Assembly (NCBI GenBank): GCA_964518475.1
Contig: CAZFGR010000001.1
Span: 192,001-256,000, forward strand
From: an uncultured Nitrososphaerota archaeon
GTDB lineage: Archaea > Asgardarchaeota > Njordarchaeia > Njordarchaeales > Njordarchaeaceae
Length of the DNA: 64,000 nt
Direction: 5' to 3'
Shown: positions 59,565 through 64,000 of the stretch, piece by piece
Numbering within the stretch: the first letter of the stretch is position 1
How the letters are laid out: every line of letters starts with the position of its first letter
Position numbers and translations under genes: made by a program
The notes under the pieces: generated by a model
Seen by the model: only the letters and a program-made list of their open reading frames with translations
The model's database searches: none
Told to the model about the DNA's origin: nothing

Positions 59565-60515
59565 TCAATCCCCGCCTATTAATCTCCTAGCACCGTCTTT
59601 GCTGATGATTACTGTATCTTCTGCTTGAGCTACAAAGCTGTTCTCTTTCTCTACAAGGACTGGATATGATATTAGAATACCCGTCATGTCCAATGCTGCT
59701 AGGCCTATTCGAATATCTTCTTTTCTAAATTTTTTAAGTAACCATCTTGTAGTAAAGGGCAACCCCTTTCTATTATTGTAAACATACCTGAGAATCTCTC
59801 GTGCTATCCTTATATGCAACGGCAGTCGGCGAGGAATTTCAGGCAATATACTATATATCCGCACATCATCGGAAGCTCTTGCATACCCCTCTCCATTTGT
59901 CACAAAAATCTCTACAGCATAGACTTCCTTTTCCTCTATGCGCCCTGGGCTTCTGACGATTGAGGACGTGGGAACTTCTTTCTCTCCATGTAATACATAT
60001 TGATCGAGAAGATGACCATTGAGATTTCGAATGACTTTAAACCCACTTTCCTTTACCGTATCTTCTATAATCCCTCCTATATGTGATAGTTCAACTCCTG
60101 GTTTCATTGACTCAATAGCCTTATTGAGTGCCTCTTTGGCAATTCTAATCATTTCCATTTTCTCATCGTCATCACCAAAGTAGAATGTTAATGCTCTGTC
60201 AACAGGGTAACCATCAACATGTACTCCAAAGTCTATTTTTACCAACATCTCTTCGGTTATTTCTGTCGTCTCTTCGGGTAATGGTGTATAATGAGCGGCT
60301 ACATTATTAATGCAAACGTTAACTGGAAACGCTGGATGACCTCCCCTGCTCCTTATCTCCTCTTCTATTTTCTCGGCTATATCCAATATTCTTTGTCCCG
60401 GTTGGATAATGTTTGCGATAACTTCTTTCTCTACGCTTTTTGCGATTTCAGCAGCTTTGATGTATTTTTTTAATGCCTCTTCGCGGTTCTCTGGAGTATT
60501 TTCCAAAATTCTCAC
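59565..60515 (-). CDS. map: type II methionine aminopeptidase
   Basis: AFPVN, AAHYTP, KIDFGVHVDG and NLNGH motifs. Confidence 0.94.
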   Translation of the reverse strand: MRILENTPENREEALKKYIKAAEIAKSVEKEVIANIIQPGQRILDIAEKIEEEIRSRGGHPAFPVNVCINNVAAHYTPLPEETTEITEEMLVKIDFGVHVDGYPVDRALTFYFGDDDEKMEMIRIAKEALNKAIESMKPGVELSHIGGIIEDTVKESGFKVIRNLNGHLLDQYVLHGEKEVPTSSIVRSPGRIEEKEVYAVEIFVTNGEGYARASDDVRIYSILPEIPRRLPLHIRIAREILRYVYNNRKGLPFTTRWLLKKFRKEDIRIGLAALDMTGILISYPVLVEKENSFVAQAEDTVIISKDGARRLIGGD

Positions 60516-60522
60516 CGATAGT

Positions 60523-60948
60523 TTACTCTCTCGCTCTCTTCAAGGACACTATCTTCGGTTTTCCAAGCATTATCCAGTACTCAACATAAGTTCCTGGCTC
60601 AATTTTACTTCTGAGATTCTCATCGTCTGGCATTCTCATTTCTATAACTTCATATGTCTCACTATCCATAACTTCCACGGTATCCCCCATCACGTTTATC
60701 ACTTGTCCTTCGCGCTTTGAAATAACAGGTATAGGTATCTTGTCGCTCACCGGCTTAATAATCGTTCTTTTTACTCCATCAAATATTCCTACAGCAACTA
60801 TTCTTGCCTTGGCACTACCATGCTTGCCAGGTTTACTCTTCGATATTGAAACAACTTTGCTTGGTTCTCCATCCACGACAATATAGTGTCCTTCCTTTAT
60901 CTTAGAGACGGGCACGTATTTAACATCACCAGATATTTCCTCTGCCAT
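60523..60948 (-). CDS. eif5a: translation factor aIF5A
   Basis: SKPGKHGSAK hypusination motif. Confidence 0.95.
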   Translation of the reverse strand: MAEEISGDVKYVPVSKIKEGHYIVVDGEPSKVVSISKSKPGKHGSAKARIVAVGIFDGVKRTIIKPVSDKIPIPVISKREGQVINVMGDTVEVMDSETYEVIEMRMPDDENLRSKIEPGTYVEYWIMLGKPKIVSLKRARE

Positions 60949-61201
60949 ACTACTCACCAATTTTTTGATCTCTTAATAAGGCTTTCCTTAACCACTTATT
61001 TGAATATTCGGGATAGAGACTTTATTACCCATTAAGTTTTACAATAATGTTTTCAAGAATAATTAGGGAAGACACTTTTTGTCAGAGCTTATTCGTTAAT
61101 GTCATCTAAAGAAAACAAAAGTTTATAAATGCTTCAAGAAGTCTATCAACATACTCAATGCTATGTTTTTTAGTTCACAATCTATAAAACGAGGCCCCCG
61201 T

Positions 61202-61471
61202 ATGGTTAAGTTTTGCCCTAAATGCGGATCAATAATGAGTATAAAGAAAGAAAATAACAAGCTTTTCGCCTATTGTAATGTATGTGGCTTTTCCACAGAG
61301 ATTACTAAAAACAAAAAAGAGAGAGTAACTGGCCTTACACCATCAGAAATTCGAGAGGAAACAGCCGTTAAACAAGGAATAATTAAGGAGAGACCTGCTA
61401 AGAAAGTTTCGATAGACGAAGATACAATAAAGGAAGCATTAGAACTCTTAAGCTCCTCTGAATCAGATTAA
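61202..61471 (+). CDS. RpoM/TFS-like N-terminal Zn-ribbon protein lacking the catalytic C-terminal ribbon
   Basis: MVKFCPKCGSIM...CNVCGF; no second ribbon and no ADE motif. Confidence 0.65.
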   Translation: MVKFCPKCGSIMSIKKENNKLFAYCNVCGFSTEITKNKKERVTGLTPSEIREETAVKQGIIKERPAKKVSIDEDTIKEALELLSSSESD

Positions 61472-61611
61472 ACATTCTTGGAAGTGTACTAAAAAATGAT
61501 GTTGACTCGATGTTATGCCTGTCTTTATAAATTATAACTCATTATAACTCATTCTTTTTAGTAAGTCACATTTTTATTCCATCGACGCCACCTATTAAAC
61601 AAAAAAGTTTC

Positions 61612-63375
61612 ATGCCTCTGGGAGATGCCTTAATGCACTTTAATAAAGAGAAAGTACATAGAGAACCACAATTTATCTATCATGATAAGATAACTCAGTT
61701 CTATTCTGAGCTTTTTAAGAGATGGTATACTGATGATAGAAACCTAAAAGATCTTATAATTTCTTCAATTCTCGTTAGGGACTCAAAAGTCTTATTAATA
61801 GGACCTCCCGAGGCTGGAAAAACTACTCTTATCCGTCTTATAGCTAAAGGCTTATCTAAAAAATCTAATAATCCAAGCAATGGTGAGGAAATAATATATG
61901 CCAAAGTCATTGGTGCACCCGAGAAAACCCTTCAAAAAGTTTTAGTCACTACCAATATTACTAAGCTTCTCCGCGAAGGAGAGGAAGAATTCATAGTTAG
62001 GCCTATCGTTAAAGCACGCGTAAAATTCATCAACGAGATAAACCGATTTAGTAAAGCTGTACAGGACGCTCTGCTTTCATTATTAGAAGAAAAAGAAATC
62101 GAGTATGGAGGCATAAAGTTTACTACTCCCTCATTCATCGCTTATGCAGATATGAACCCTTATCGGGGAGAGATTGATAGAGCTCTCCAAACGCGTTTCA
62201 TGGTTTCTGCTTATGTCCCCCTAATATCACTACCAGGTTCAATAAAGGTCACACAACAAATGTTCCAAACAGAGAAGGAAGTTCGCGATTTAGTAGAAAC
62301 AATGCCTGAAATCTTATCTATTGATGAACTAGAAAAAATCTGGCGCGATACAGAGAAAGTAGCTATTCCTTTTACTGTTTCTCTTTTCGCCCACATGCTA
62401 TTATGGGCTTTTAGGGCTTGCAAATTTGACAAATCTCGAATAATTCCAGGTTATCTCCGCTTGGCTTGTGCTCAGTGCGAATATAACAACGAGATCTGTT
62501 CTCACATTCTTATACCTCCCGGAGAAAGAGCAATAATATCTGCTCTGTTATTTGCAAAGGCTCGCGCTTGGTTTTACAAACGTAAAAGAATTACTTACGA
62601 CGACGTAATTTGGATTATGCCTTGGGTTGTTGCACATAGAATAGAGTTAGTAGCATCAATAAAAGCAGAGGTACCAAATCCTTGGGAATGGAGTAAAAAC
62701 GCGGTAAGAACGTTAATAGAGACAAAGTGGCACTCACACGAAAACGGAAAAGAAACTTTTGGTGTATGGGCGAAAGGACTTGCACTAGCTTCTCTGGCGT
62801 TAGGTGCTGACTTAGACCACTTACTTAACACAGTCTTAGAGATGTATTACCCCGAACTTCTACGTAATAGTGATGGATTTAAGGCACTAAAAGAACTGAG
62901 AAGCTTAGCTTATGGGGAAAAAGACGGGCGAGGCGATTTAGTTCTACAGGAATTATATAAGTTGCTGAAAGAAAAATATACTGAACGCTCTAGAAAAATG
63001 CTTGCAGAAATAGAACCAAAAGCTATTGCAATAGCTTCTAAGGAGAATGTGGAGCTTGACGAGATCTTAGAGATTCTAGAGAAACTTAATGACCCATTGC
63101 CAGAAGATACTGAGAAGCTTCGTGATCTTGTATTAGCACGGTTAGAGGAATTGACGATCAGAATATCCTTAATGATGCCAGGGGTTGTTGAGAGAGTCAG
63201 AGAAGTATTACAAAGATATGGATTTTCAACCTCCGAAATAACACGATTTCTTCAGGGGCAATTACGAGTCCTTAAAAATGATTACATTCAAGCAAAGATT
63301 ATAGGGGGTTTCCTAACGATACGGGCTAAAAATTCGGAAATAGCTCAAGAAATTCGGGAGTATCTAGAGGGTTAA
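61612..63375 (+). CDS. divergent MoxR-like AAA+ ATPase with C-terminal extension
   Basis: GPPEAGKTT, FINEINRFSKAVQDALLSLLEE and MNP motifs. Confidence 0.85.
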   Translation: MPLGDALMHFNKEKVHREPQFIYHDKITQFYSELFKRWYTDDRNLKDLIISSILVRDSKVLLIGPPEAGKTTLIRLIAKGLSKKSNNPSNGEEIIYAKVIGAPEKTLQKVLVTTNITKLLREGEEEFIVRPIVKARVKFINEINRFSKAVQDALLSLLEEKEIEYGGIKFTTPSFIAYADMNPYRGEIDRALQTRFMVSAYVPLISLPGSIKVTQQMFQTEKEVRDLVETMPEILSIDELEKIWRDTEKVAIPFTVSLFAHMLLWAFRACKFDKSRIIPGYLRLACAQCEYNNEICSHILIPPGERAIISALLFAKARAWFYKRKRITYDDVIWIMPWVVAHRIELVASIKAEVPNPWEWSKNAVRTLIETKWHSHENGKETFGVWAKGLALASLALGADLDHLLNTVLEMYYPELLRNSDGFKALKELRSLAYGEKDGRGDLVLQELYKLLKEKYTERSRKMLAEIEPKAIAIASKENVELDEILEILEKLNDPLPEDTEKLRDLVLARLEELTIRISLMMPGVVERVREVLQRYGFSTSEITRFLQGQLRVLKNDYIQAKIIGGFLTIRAKNSEIAQEIREYLEG

Positions 63376-63378
63376 ACT

Positions 63379-64000
63379 ATGAGTATAATTGAGAAACTTC
63401 ACTCATCAGCAATATCATCTCTAGAGTTTCAAAAACTACTTTCAGCATTTTGTCGGAAACACGGCATGTATCCTTCCTTCATTGTAATTGCCCCCTTTAA
63501 GAAATATATCGAAAAATGGGGAGAACTACCATTACCAAGAATACCAAGAGAGAGCTTCTTACATCCCGATGAGAAATACTATTTGCTTATTGGTCTCAGT
63601 TACCATGCCATAATGCCTAGGAATGAACTAAATCGTTTAATTCTCCGTTCTATAATTTCTAAAGCATTAGGTATCTCGTGGAAATCCCCTCTTGTATCAC
63701 AGCTTTCGGGCTTCTTCTCTACCTTATATGGATTTACAAAACTCTCTTCAAGTCATGATAATATAAGACACTGCAAGGAAGCATTAAATTGGGCTTGCTC
63801 CATCCTATCCTATCAGAGACATAAGCTTGGTTTAGCAGAATTCCTATACACTTATTACCGATTGTTAATGGGTGCGAGAGAAGAGAGCGAATATTACCCC
63901 TTAGCAGAGAATGTTAAAGATATCATAGAATCCAATTTATCACCAGAAGAGAAAGCACAAGCATTCTTTTTCATTCTTAAGGAAATTATTCAGAGAGATC
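63379..64000 (+). CDS. hypothetical protein (partial), coupled to the AAA ATPase
   Basis: ATG 3 nt after the ATPase stop; frame MSIIEKLHSSAISS... is open to the window end. Confidence 0.65.
   Translation, partial: MSIIEKLHSSAISSLEFQKLLSAFCRKHGMYPSFIVIAPFKKYIEKWGELPLPRIPRESFLHPDEKYYLLIGLSYHAIMPRNELNRLILRSIISKALGISWKSPLVSQLSGFFSTLYGFTKLSSSHDNIRHCKEALNWACSILSYQRHKLGLAEFLYTYYRLLMGAREESEYYPLAENVKDIIESNLSPEEKAQAFFFILKEIIQRD

Noticed and set aside
1-64000. CRISPR arrays, transposases, integrases or inteins
   Set aside because: No regularly spaced repeats or mobile-element genes seen; MCM and DP1 show no intein-sized insertions.

Overview
Core-genome region of an AT-rich archaeon, probably thermophilic (GC-rich structural RNAs, Glu/Lys-rich proteins). 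It carries PolD DP1, MCM/GINS, PCNA, TFB/TBP, many ribosomal proteins, two 2-oxoacid:ferredoxin oxidoreductase loci and two MoxR loci. It also has eukaryote-like proteins (ESCRT-III with a winged-helix partner, a Rab-like GTPase, an EMC6-like protein), which suggests an Asgard or Asgard/TACK-adjacent lineage (inference). The main discovery is heavy use of bulge-helix-bulge (BHB) RNA splicing. (1) The 5S rRNA gene at 47054-47184 (-) is circularly permuted: the 3' half precedes the 5' half, helix I is closed by a hairpin linker, and a 13-bp flanking stem plus BHB predicts excision and circularisation that exactly restores the conserved CCGAACACGGAA|GCTAAG sequence. (2) The rpl2 (uL2) mRNA holds a 47-nt frameshifting BHB intron (13520-13566) whose removal restores [15 protein letters not shown]. 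(3) All four tRNA genes have introns, and tRNA-Lys has two. Candidate H/ACA and C/D guide RNAs and a Clp1-family RNA kinase are also present. No CRISPR array or mobile element was seen. All calls come from manual reading; no searches were run.
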